From an uncultured Gammaproteobacteria bacterium (lineage in GTDB: Bacteria; Patescibacteriota; Microgenomatia; UBA10105; UBA927): a DNA stretch of 34,444 nucleotides. Of the stretch, positions 24,411 to 32,597 are shown in pieces; positions within the stretch are counted from its first letter, which is position 1; every line of letters starts with the position of its first letter. The notes under the pieces are model-generated. The model was not told where the DNA came from, did no database searches, and saw only the letters and a program-made list of their open reading frames with translations. The DNA is taken from contig CAZERT010000001.1 in NCBI GenBank assembly GCA_964515515.1, forward strand, positions 64,854 to 99,297. Direction: 5' to 3'. Both the position numbers and the translations under genes were made by a program.

Positions 24411-26603
24411 ATGGCAAAGAGACGGAAGTATCGCCACCGTAGTCATTTCAAAATAAAACTGAAGAAAGAAACCGTAAAGACAATCGGTGCAATTTGGATG
24501 TGGCTGATTGCCGCAACGATTTTTCTTTCATTTTTTGGAAGCGGATCCCCAATCCATATGATTCATGATGAATTATTTGGGCAGGTGGGGTGGGCAACAT
24601 ATGTTATTCCCGGAATTCTAGTCGTGATGAGTTTATTGTTTTTTAAACTTAAACATCCGATTGCCCAACCAAATGTTTCCCTTGGTCTTATATTGATGCT
24701 TGTTTCCCTGATTCCGCTCACGCAAAGTGGAGTAGTGGGCGAATCACTCATGGTGTGGCTTACTACTGCTGTCTCGGCGCAGTTTACCTATATATTATTT
24801 ATTTCCCTGTTTATTATTGGACTTGTCCTGACGTTTAATGCTTCCTTGGATAAAGCAGTATCAGTTCTGTTACTTTCAGGTGAAAAATTGTTGAAATGGG
24901 TAGGGAGTCTTATGCGGCAGAAAGACGGAAAACACATTGGAAAACCGTTGTTTCCCAATGAAAAGGCGCAACTGGTCATAAAGGGAATGGAATCGGATAA
25001 GCCCAGTGGTAAGCAGGATACTACTCCAATAAAAATGGTCCCAAAAGATGAAAAACAGCCTGTTGGAACAGGGAAGCAAGGCGCTGTTTCTCCGGGGGTA
25101 AAACCAGCGGATTCAACAATTGTTTCCCCAGTGTCTTCCCAAGCGTTAAAAATTTGGGAATATCCGCAAGAATCCCTCCTTTCTGATGGTCCGAACGAAA
25201 AAGCGGACCGTGGGGATGTGAGTCAAAATGCCCAAACGATTTATGAAACACTTGATAATTTTGGCATAAAAACACAAGTTGTTGAGGTAAATCGTGGTCC
25301 AGCAGTGACGCAATACGCACTCCGAATAGCCTCTGGAGTCAAATTATCCAAAATTACCTCCCTTTCGAGCGATTTAGCACTTGCCCTTGCTGCACCAACT
25401 GGACAGGTCCGTATTGAAGCGCCGATTCCAGGAAGGAATTTAGTTGGTATTGAAATTCCAAATAGGGGGCTTGAATTTGTAACACTGAAAAAAATGATGC
25501 AATCGCCGGATATGAAACCTGGGAAGAAAAAATTAACGGTTGCTCTTGGTCTTGATGTGTCAGGAAATCCGGTTGTGACGGATATTGCAAAAATGCCCCA
25601 TTGCTTGGTTGCGGGTACGACAGGATCAGGGAAATCCGTACTTATCAATGCGTTTATTTGTTCTATCTTATTTCGGACGACACCACAAGAAGTCCGACTT
25701 ATCCTTGTAGACCCGAAGCGTGTTGAGCTTACTGGGTATAACGGTATTCCACACCTGATGACGCCCGTTATCGTTGAACCTGATCAGATATTGTCTTCCC
25801 TTCATTGGGCAATTAAGGAAATGGAAGACCGGTACAAGAAATTTGCCGAAGTTGGAGTGCGAAATATTGATGGATTTAATGAGCAGTCTGGATTTCAGGC
25901 AATGCCCTATATTGTGATCATTATCGATGAGCTTGCGGACCTGATGGCATATGCACCTGCTGATGTTGAAGATTCAATTTGTCGCCTTGCTCAGATGGCT
26001 CGTGCAACGGGAATTCATTTAGTGTTGGCAACACAGCGTCCAAGCGTTGATGTTATTACCGGACTGTTGAAAGCAAATATCCCAACACGCATTGCATTTA
26101 ATGTATCTTCCATGATCGATTCGCGTGTGATTATCGATATGCCCGGAGCGGAAAAACTCCTTGGACGCGGAGATATGCTCTATATTCCTCCGGATCAAAG
26201 CAAACCGAGTCGTATTCAGGGGACATTTGTTTCCGAGCAGGAAGTGAACAAAGTTGTCAGTTTTCTCAAAACTCACAATCAGCCGGTACAATATACGGAA
26301 GAAGTCATAACAACACCGGTTCCTTCGGGTAAAAAGGGTGTTGGATTTGCTGGTGATGGCGGGGAAGGAAAGGATGATTTTTTTGATCAGGCGCTTCGGA
26401 TTGTATGCCAAATGGACAAGGCATCTTCGTCACTCTTACAACGGAAATTAAAAGTTGGGTATGCGCGGGCTGCACGTATTATTGATCAGTTGGAAGAAGC
26501 GGGCATTGTGGGTCCTGGTGAAGGGTCAAAGCCGCGTGACGTGTTGGTAAAAAATGCAGATGAATTTTTAGCAAATCAATCCCAACAGGAAGGAAACGGA
26601 TAA
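24411..26603 (+). CDS. ftsK: DNA translocase FtsK
   Basis: The ATG at 24411 gives MAKRRKYRHRS. It has 4 N-terminal TM helices, a linker, a motor domain with Walker A GTTGSGKS and Walker B IIIDELADL, and a gamma wHTH domain (SSLLQRKLKVGYARAARIIDQLEEAGIVG). Confidence 0.93.
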   Translation: MAKRRKYRHRSHFKIKLKKETVKTIGAIWMWLIAATIFLSFFGSGSPIHMIHDELFGQVGWATYVIPGILVVMSLLFFKLKHPIAQPNVSLGLILMLVSLIPLTQSGVVGESLMVWLTTAVSAQFTYILFISLFIIGLVLTFNASLDKAVSVLLLSGEKLLKWVGSLMRQKDGKHIGKPLFPNEKAQLVIKGMESDKPSGKQDTTPIKMVPKDEKQPVGTGKQGAVSPGVKPADSTIVSPVSSQALKIWEYPQESLLSDGPNEKADRGDVSQNAQTIYETLDNFGIKTQVVEVNRGPAVTQYALRIASGVKLSKITSLSSDLALALAAPTGQVRIEAPIPGRNLVGIEIPNRGLEFVTLKKMMQSPDMKPGKKKLTVALGLDVSGNPVVTDIAKMPHCLVAGTTGSGKSVLINAFICSILFRTTPQEVRLILVDPKRVELTGYNGIPHLMTPVIVEPDQILSSLHWAIKEMEDRYKKFAEVGVRNIDGFNEQSGFQAMPYIVIIIDELADLMAYAPADVEDSICRLAQMARATGIHLVLATQRPSVDVITGLLKANIPTRIAFNVSSMIDSRVIIDMPGAEKLLGRGDMLYIPPDQSKPSRIQGTFVSEQEVNKVVSFLKTHNQPVQYTEEVITTPVPSGKKGVGFAGDGGEGKDDFFDQALRIVCQMDKASSSLLQRKLKVGYARAARIIDQLEEAGIVGPGEGSKPRDVLVKNADEFLANQSQQEGNG

Positions 26604-26615
26604 CCTTATCCAGTC

Positions 26616-27254
26616 ATGAAAACGGTTGGAACTATGCTTCGTGAAGCGCGGATTGCAAAAGGGATAACCCTAGAGCAGGCGGAATCCGTAACACGCATCA
26701 GGAAAAAATTTCTTCTTGCTATGGAATCAGATAATTTTATTTCGTTGCCGTCGGTGACGTATGCAAAGGGATTTGTAAAAAACTACACTACTTATTTATC
26801 GCTTGATAGCGCTGTCATGCTGGCATTTTTTCGCCGCCAGATGGAAGATAAAACCAGTGGTTCTGTGATGCCAAAAGGCATGGCTGATCCTCTCAATACA
26901 CCATTTTTTACTCTTACTCCAGGTAGGTTTGTTTTGTTATTGCTTGCAGGACTGGTAGGATTATTCCTATTTTATTTTTTCTTTCAATATAAGCGACTTG
27001 ATCGACCGCCTGTTTTGATTCTTGATCAACCGCAAAATGAAAGTATTGCGACGGAAAAAAAGATAGACATTATCGGATCAACGGATAACGACGCAACGGT
27101 AACGGTAAACGGTATATCGGTATTGGTCCGTCAGGACGGAAAATTTTTTGATCAGGTGTCCCTTGATCCAGGGGTAAATACCATTACAATTGTGGCGATA
27201 AGCCGGTTTGGGAAGTCAACAACCGTCATCCGGAAAATCGGATTTATGCAGTGA
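26616..27254 (+). CDS. rodZ: RodZ-like protein: XRE-type HTH, a TM helix and a C-terminal beta domain
   Basis: HTH: TVGTMLREARIAKGITLEQAESVTRIRKKFLLAMESDNF...YAKGFVKNY. TM: FVLLLLAGLVGLFLFYFFF. The C-terminal beta-rich domain is probably extracellular. Confidence 0.7.
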   Translation: MKTVGTMLREARIAKGITLEQAESVTRIRKKFLLAMESDNFISLPSVTYAKGFVKNYTTYLSLDSAVMLAFFRRQMEDKTSGSVMPKGMADPLNTPFFTLTPGRFVLLLLAGLVGLFLFYFFFQYKRLDRPPVLILDQPQNESIATEKKIDIIGSTDNDATVTVNGISVLVRQDGKFFDQVSLDPGVNTITIVAISRFGKSTTVIRKIGFMQ

Positions 27255-27312
27255 AATGCCCAATTGACAGGGCTTCATTTTGACTGTAGTCTTAGGGAAC
27301 ATTGACCTGCCT

Positions 27313-27573
27313 ATGGATCCAATTTCTATTACCATCGTTGTAGTACTTCTGACTCTAACATTTGTTGTTGTTATCCTCTCCATTCAGGTATGGAATATCC
27401 TTAAGGAATTTCATGGAACCGTTATCCGTATGAATAAAATCCTTGATGATACCGGGCGCGTGACCGAAACAGTCGGAAATGGCGCGGAAGGATTATCGTC
27501 AGCTATTGCAAATATGCGTTCACTATCAGGTATTATCTCGGCGTTTCGTCGGAAAGGAGATTCCCATGTGTGA
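27313..27573 (+). CDS. DUF948-like small membrane protein
   Basis: The ATG at 27313 gives MDPISITIVVVLLTLTFVVVILSIQVW (N-terminal TM) followed by a helical region. It is paired with a YtxH-like gene, as in Firmicutes. The family call is from memory. Confidence 0.5.
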   Translation: MDPISITIVVVLLTLTFVVVILSIQVWNILKEFHGTVIRMNKILDDTGRVTETVGNGAEGLSSAIANMRSLSGIISAFRRKGDSHV

Positions 27574-27955
27574 TTCATGCGATCGGGGGAAAGTTAAATT
27601 TGCCGCAGGAGCAGTTCTTGGTGGCCTTATTGGAGCCGGCCTTGTCTATCTGTTGGGGACGGAAGGCGGAAAACGGATCCAGAAAGATGTGGCAAAACGC
27701 GGAAAGAAATTCATCGGAAACGTAGAGGAAAAAATCGGGGAGTTGGAAGAAAAAGGAAAAGAACTGCTGGAGCGGGGTGAGGAACTCAAGGATCAGATTA
27801 TTGAGGAATTGGAAGAAAAAAAGGATGATATTTCCGAAGAAGCAACAAAACGGCTTGACACGGCACTTGAAAGTGTCGAAAAAGTCCAGGAAAAGGGGCT
27901 TTCATCCACACAACAGCTCCGGAAAAAATTTTTCCGGAATACTCCAAAGAAATAA
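27566..27955 (+). CDS. YtxH-like protein: an N-terminal amphipathic/TM Gly-zipper and a charged coiled coil
   Basis: The ATG at 27566 has AAAGGAGA 5 nt upstream. Sequence: MCDSCDRGKVKFAAGAVLGGLIGAGLVYLLGTEGGKRIQKDV, then an E/K-rich helix. It overlaps the upstream gene by 8 nt. Confidence 0.55.
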   Translation: MCDSCDRGKVKFAAGAVLGGLIGAGLVYLLGTEGGKRIQKDVAKRGKKFIGNVEEKIGELEEKGKELLERGEELKDQIIEELEEKKDDISEEATKRLDTALESVEKVQEKGLSSTQQLRKKFFRNTPKK

Positions 27956-27975
27956 CGCTGTACTGATGGGTTATA

Positions 27976-28953
27976 ATGGAAACCACAGAAAGGCGGGATC
28001 GTATGACTATTGCTGTGGTTGCACCAAAGACTTGTTTTACACAAGATCAAATCCGTTCACTTGAACACATAGGTAAAACAGTATTTACTCCTGACTCCAG
28101 CGAGTTATCTGTTGAACAATTATGCTCCCACGTTCGCGGTGCTGATATTCTTGTGTTGGACCCCGATAATTTCGGAGGATTTGAAAAGGCTCCCTCAAAG
28201 ATGATTGCCGTTCTTGATGCGGCTCCCTCATGCACAGGAATTAGTCTAACCACAACATCATTTGGTTGGATTGATCTGGCTTATTGTAAAAAACGGGGGA
28301 TTTCCGTCTCCAATATTCCCGGATATTCACGGGAAGCGGTTGCAGAGCAGACACTTGCGTACATGATTGGTGCCGCAAAGCGGATTTTCGTAACGGACAG
28401 ACGTACCCAAAAAGGCCAGTACCGTTTAGAAATGGGAATTGACCTGCGCGGAAAAACACTGGGAATTATCGGTATCGGGAATATCGGAAGCAGGGTGGCA
28501 GAGCTTGCAATGGGGATCGGAATGGAAGTTTTGGCTTGTAATCGTACCCAAACGGATGTTCTGCAAGGAGTCCACCTTACGTCAATGGATGAAGTATTGC
28601 AGAAATCGGATGTAATTACGTTTCATATTACCCACGAAGAGGCTAATACGGGCCTCATACGTGAAGATGAAATTCGGCGGATGAAGAAGGGAGTCATTTT
28701 AATAAATACCGTTGACCGCTCGCTTATTGATGAGGCTGCAATGGCGCGTGCCATACAAAAACGGGATGTTGATACGTATGTATACGAAGGGGAAGATATC
28801 AGTGCTTCGCCGCTACGTGACCTTGAATATGCCGTGAGTTTTAAGGGGTTCGGGTGGTATACCGATGGATCGATACAAACATTATGGAATATTGTTATCG
28901 ATAACGTTCGGGCTATTGCAACAGGGAAACCGATCAATATTGTTCGGATGTAA
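27976..28953 (+). CDS. D-isomer-specific 2-hydroxyacid dehydrogenase family homolog (catalytic residues non-canonical)
   Basis: Rossmann motif: GKTLGIIGIGNIGSRVAELA. Family blocks: VILINTVDRSLIDEAAM and DTYVYEGED. The alternative start ATG 28003 (MTIAVV) lies downstream of TATAAT at 27972-27977. Confidence 0.8.
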   Translation: METTERRDRMTIAVVAPKTCFTQDQIRSLEHIGKTVFTPDSSELSVEQLCSHVRGADILVLDPDNFGGFEKAPSKMIAVLDAAPSCTGISLTTTSFGWIDLAYCKKRGISVSNIPGYSREAVAEQTLAYMIGAAKRIFVTDRRTQKGQYRLEMGIDLRGKTLGIIGIGNIGSRVAELAMGIGMEVLACNRTQTDVLQGVHLTSMDEVLQKSDVITFHITHEEANTGLIREDEIRRMKKGVILINTVDRSLIDEAAMARAIQKRDVDTYVYEGEDISASPLRDLEYAVSFKGFGWYTDGSIQTLWNIVIDNVRAIATGKPINIVRM

Positions 28954-28964
28954 CATATAGCATT

Positions 28965-29843
28965 ATGAAAAATGAGTGGAAAGGAGCATTGTCGCTCGCC
29001 TTCTGTGGAATTTTATATTCGTTATATGGCGTGTATTCCCGTTTTATGGGTTCTTCCTTTTCACCCTTTTATCAGGCATGGACACGCAGCTTGATTGTAT
29101 TTGTGATTTTGGTTGGTTTTGGATTATTATTTCGAGTTTTTAAACCAATTCGGAAGTGTGATTTGATTTGGTTCTTTGCCGTAGGAATAAGTGGGGGAAT
29201 CATAGATGTATTGTTTTTTATCGGGGTTAATCATTTGGCGATCGGAATGGTTTTGTTTATATATTATGCAATCAATACGATTGGAAATTATATATGGGGA
29301 TATGTGTTGTTCCACGAAATAATTAACAGGAAAAAGTTATTTTCATTCACTCTAGCGTTGATAGGTCTGATTATTCTTTATGGTGATGCTTTATCAAAAC
29401 CAAAGATTGAACCATTATATATCATAGTCACGATAGGCGCAGGATTATTTGCGAGTATATATTTGTCATTGAGTAAAAAGATTAGTTCCAAGTATTCTTT
29501 CTTGCAGATTGCGGCAACAAATAACATATTTGGATTTATTGCAACTTTTTCCGGGTTTCTTCTTCTTCGTGAGAATATGAATAGCGCTTTTACAAGTTTT
29601 CCCTGGATTATAAATTGGATATATGCATTAACGCAGGCAATTATTATGCCGCTTGTTGTATTTGGTTTTAAATATATCGAAGCCCAAAAGGGAGGTTTAA
29701 TTTTGCTTCTTGAGCTTGTATTCGGGATGATATTTGGGATAGTATTTTTCAACGAATTACCGACAACGCTTGCGTTATTTGCGAGCGGAATAATTTTGGT
29801 TGCAATGTCATTACCACTTATACAAGAAAAACAACACAATTAA
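28965..29843 (+). CDS. EamA/DMT-family transporter
   Basis: 292 aa with about 10 predicted TM helices in a two-repeat arrangement. The gene is visibly AT-rich. Confidence 0.8.
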   Translation: MKNEWKGALSLAFCGILYSLYGVYSRFMGSSFSPFYQAWTRSLIVFVILVGFGLLFRVFKPIRKCDLIWFFAVGISGGIIDVLFFIGVNHLAIGMVLFIYYAINTIGNYIWGYVLFHEIINRKKLFSFTLALIGLIILYGDALSKPKIEPLYIIVTIGAGLFASIYLSLSKKISSKYSFLQIAATNNIFGFIATFSGFLLLRENMNSAFTSFPWIINWIYALTQAIIMPLVVFGFKYIEAQKGGLILLLELVFGMIFGIVFFNELPTTLALFASGIILVAMSLPLIQEKQHN

Positions 29844-29892
29844 ATTATAGGGTTATTTCTTTGTGGTTTTTCAGAAGTATATATGTTGTTGG

Positions 29893-30633
29893 TCAGGAAA
29901 ATGAATATTGAAGGAACGGTTTCTCCAGAGGATTTCCCTGGCAATAGAAAGCATTTACATGGTTGGAATCAAAAATAAACGCGGATGATGTAGGTGGATT
30001 TTCTTTGGAATCGCTTCCAAGCATGCAAATAGCAGAGGTTGTATCTGCATTTTTTCTGTCTTTGAGTAGATTCTGAAGATCAGTAAGGGTATTTGCCGAT
30101 TCAATAAGTGTTTGTGCCCGTTCGAGGCGTTTGGTTGTCCAATTGGCAAACCATGGGTTTTTCATTTGGAGATTGATATAGGGCAAATGGAGAAAATGAT
30201 TTGTTTTTGCTGTGGGTTTTTGAATCGATTGAATGAATATTTCCTGCGGAGCGGATTCAATCTCATAACATTCGTTTGAATCCGCAACAAAAAAATTCCC
30301 CCCGATTCTTGGATAAAACGATTGGATAATGGTAATGGCATCTTTGGCGGATGGCGCATCCAAAATAAGACGAACGTATGGCCTGCGGATATAGGAAATT
30401 TGATTTTCGGCAACAGGAAGAAATGTCGCAACGAATGCGACACCCTTATCATTGATACCTCCATAATATCCATCTTCCTTGGGATCAGGATTCTGAATTA
30501 ATAATTTTTTCTGAGTGTCTGCGGGAGAATCGAATAATTTCATTTCATCATCGAGTCTCATCCAGGGAACAGGATCCCGTGTTTTAAGTAAAAACCATGA
30601 ATGTTCAAGGCGAGTTGCTGCAATTGTGCACAT
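29893..30633 (-). CDS. Ntn-hydrolase of the C45 family (acyl-CoA:6-APA acyltransferase / carcinine hydrolase-like)
   Basis: I set the start at ATG 30633 so that the protein begins MCTIAATR, exposing the N-terminal nucleophile Cys after Met removal. Family-like blocks: GGINDKGVAF, GGNFFVADSNECYEIE and KTNHF. The alternative start at 30684 would add 17 aa. Confidence 0.7.
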   Translation of the reverse strand: MCTIAATRLEHSWFLLKTRDPVPWMRLDDEMKLFDSPADTQKKLLIQNPDPKEDGYYGGINDKGVAFVATFLPVAENQISYIRRPYVRLILDAPSAKDAITIIQSFYPRIGGNFFVADSNECYEIESAPQEIFIQSIQKPTAKTNHFLHLPYINLQMKNPWFANWTTKRLERAQTLIESANTLTDLQNLLKDRKNADTTSAICMLGSDSKENPPTSSAFIFDSNHVNAFYCQGNPLEKPFLQYSFS

Positions 30634-30701
30634 ATGAATAGGTACAGTATAACAAACTATTCCATTATTATGCTTTTTTGTCATGCACAGTATCGGTCCG
30701 A

Positions 30702-30710
30702 TGGTATAAT
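30702..30710 (+). promoter_or_regulatory. Extended -10 element (TGgTATAAT) for alaS, with a leaderless configuration
   Basis: TGGTATAAT at 30702-30710 is followed by 6 nt (ccttct) and then ATG at 30717. No SD and no convincing -35 are present. Confidence 0.5.
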
Positions 30711-30716
30711 CCTTCT

Positions 30717-32597
30717 ATGACCGCAAATGATATTCGAACTTCCTATCTTTCTTTTTTCCAAAACCACGGACATGCTGTGATTCCGTCTGCACCGCTTGTT
30801 CCTGAAAATGATCCGACGACGCTGTTTAATAGCGCCGGTATGCAACCCCTGATTCCGTATCTTCTGGGCCAAGCTCATCCGCTCGGAAAGAGACTGGTCA
30901 ATTCCCAAAAATCTTTTCGGAGTCAGGATATTGATGAAGTTGGGGATAACCGCCATCAGACTTTTTTTGAAATGTTGGGAAACTGGTCTTTAGGTGATTA
31001 TTTTAAAAAAGAACAGCTTCCCTGGGTTTTTGAGTTTTTTACGGAAGAACTTCACCTTGACGCCTCCCGTTTATACGTCACCGTTTTTGAAGGAAACGAT
31101 TCAGTTCCAAAAGACGAAGAATCGGTTTCACTCTGGAAAGAATTATTTTCAACAGTAGGGATAGATGCAAAACTCGGTGAGCGGATATTTACGTATCCCG
31201 CAAGGAAAAATTGGTGGAGCAGGTCCGGGGAACCGGACCATATGGCACCGGGTGAGCCTGGGGGGCCCGATAGCGAGGTTTTTTATGACTTTGGGGAAGA
31301 ATTAAAACTTCATGAACAGTCCCCTTGGTCCCAGGAACGATGCCACCCAAATTGTGACTGCGGAAGGTTTCTGGAGATCGGAAATTCTGTTTTTATGCAA
31401 TATAAAAAAAATGAAGACGGAACGCTTGTTGAATTGCCGCAAAAAAATGTCGATTTCGGAGGGGGGTTGGAACGGTTAAATGCTGCAGTCAACAATCTCC
31501 GTGACGTATTCCAAACTGATTCGTTTTCTTCCATCATCCGCGTATTGGAAGAAACATCACGGTCTGAATACGGAAAAGAATCAAAAAGCACTCGCGCCAT
31601 GCGGATTATTGCCGATCATATGCGCGCATCCGTCATGATGATTGCGGATGGGGTTATTCCATCGAACAAAACCCAGGGGTATGTCTTGCGGCGTCTTGTT
31701 CGTCGTGCGCTTTTATATGGACGGGATTTGGGCGTATGGGGGAATTGGGAGTATCTGGGAAGCCTCGTTGCACCAGTTGCACAAATATATGCCGGTGTAT
31801 ATCCAACCGTAAAAAAACAACAGGGAATGATAGAGGACGTTGTAAAGGATGAAGCAAAGCGATTCGGAAAAAGCGTGGAAAAAGGTCTGCGGGAGATAGA
31901 AAAACTGCCTACAGTCGATGGAAAACAGGCGTTTATTTTGTATGAAACGTACGGATTTCCCTGGGAGCTGACTGAGGAAATTGCCCGCGGCAGGGGACAA
32001 GATGTTAACCGTCAACAATTTGAAGATGAATTTAAGAAGCATCAGGAATTATCCCGAACTGCAGCTGCCGGAATGTTTAAAGGAGGACTTGCAGACCATA
32101 GTGTGCAAACGACACGGCTTCATACGGCAACCCATCTGTTACACAAAGCCCTTCGGACGATTCTTGGAACACATGTTTCCCAAAAGGGAAGCAACATTAC
32201 GGTTGAACGGCTCCGGTTTGATTTTTCCCACCCGGTAAAAATTACCCCTGACGAGTTGAAAAAAATTGAAAGCATGGTCAATGATGCTATTTCGGCAAAT
32301 TACCCGGTTACCATGGTTACGCTCGGAAAAGAAGAGGCACTCAAAAGCGGCGCCCTAGGATTTTTTGTCGAGAAATATGGGGATCAGGTGAAAGTCTATA
32401 CGGTCGGTGATCCACAAGGGGCCTGGTTTTCAAGGGAAATTTGTGGCGGACCGCATGTTTCCTTTACAGGCGAACTGGGGCACTTTACAATAATAAAGGA
32501 AGAGGCGGTCAGTGCCGGTGTCCGCCGGATATACGCAAACGTTACTAATGAAACTCTTGTCAAAAATCCTTACTCGATTCACGAAAAAAACACCTGA
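30717..32597 (+). CDS. alaS: Alanine--tRNA ligase, short form (626 aa) lacking the C-Ala domain
   Basis: Sequence features: MTANDIRTSYLSFFQNHGHAVIPSAPLVPENDPTTLFNSAGMQP and FFEMLGNWSLGDYFK. Editing-domain motifs are HTATHLLHKAL and CGGPHV. The ORF ends shortly after the editing domain. Confidence 0.95.
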   Translation: MTANDIRTSYLSFFQNHGHAVIPSAPLVPENDPTTLFNSAGMQPLIPYLLGQAHPLGKRLVNSQKSFRSQDIDEVGDNRHQTFFEMLGNWSLGDYFKKEQLPWVFEFFTEELHLDASRLYVTVFEGNDSVPKDEESVSLWKELFSTVGIDAKLGERIFTYPARKNWWSRSGEPDHMAPGEPGGPDSEVFYDFGEELKLHEQSPWSQERCHPNCDCGRFLEIGNSVFMQYKKNEDGTLVELPQKNVDFGGGLERLNAAVNNLRDVFQTDSFSSIIRVLEETSRSEYGKESKSTRAMRIIADHMRASVMMIADGVIPSNKTQGYVLRRLVRRALLYGRDLGVWGNWEYLGSLVAPVAQIYAGVYPTVKKQQGMIEDVVKDEAKRFGKSVEKGLREIEKLPTVDGKQAFILYETYGFPWELTEEIARGRGQDVNRQQFEDEFKKHQELSRTAAAGMFKGGLADHSVQTTRLHTATHLLHKALRTILGTHVSQKGSNITVERLRFDFSHPVKITPDELKKIESMVNDAISANYPVTMVTLGKEEALKSGALGFFVEKYGDQVKVYTVGDPQGAWFSREICGGPHVSFTGELGHFTIIKEEAVSAGVRRIYANVTNETLVKNPYSIHEKNT

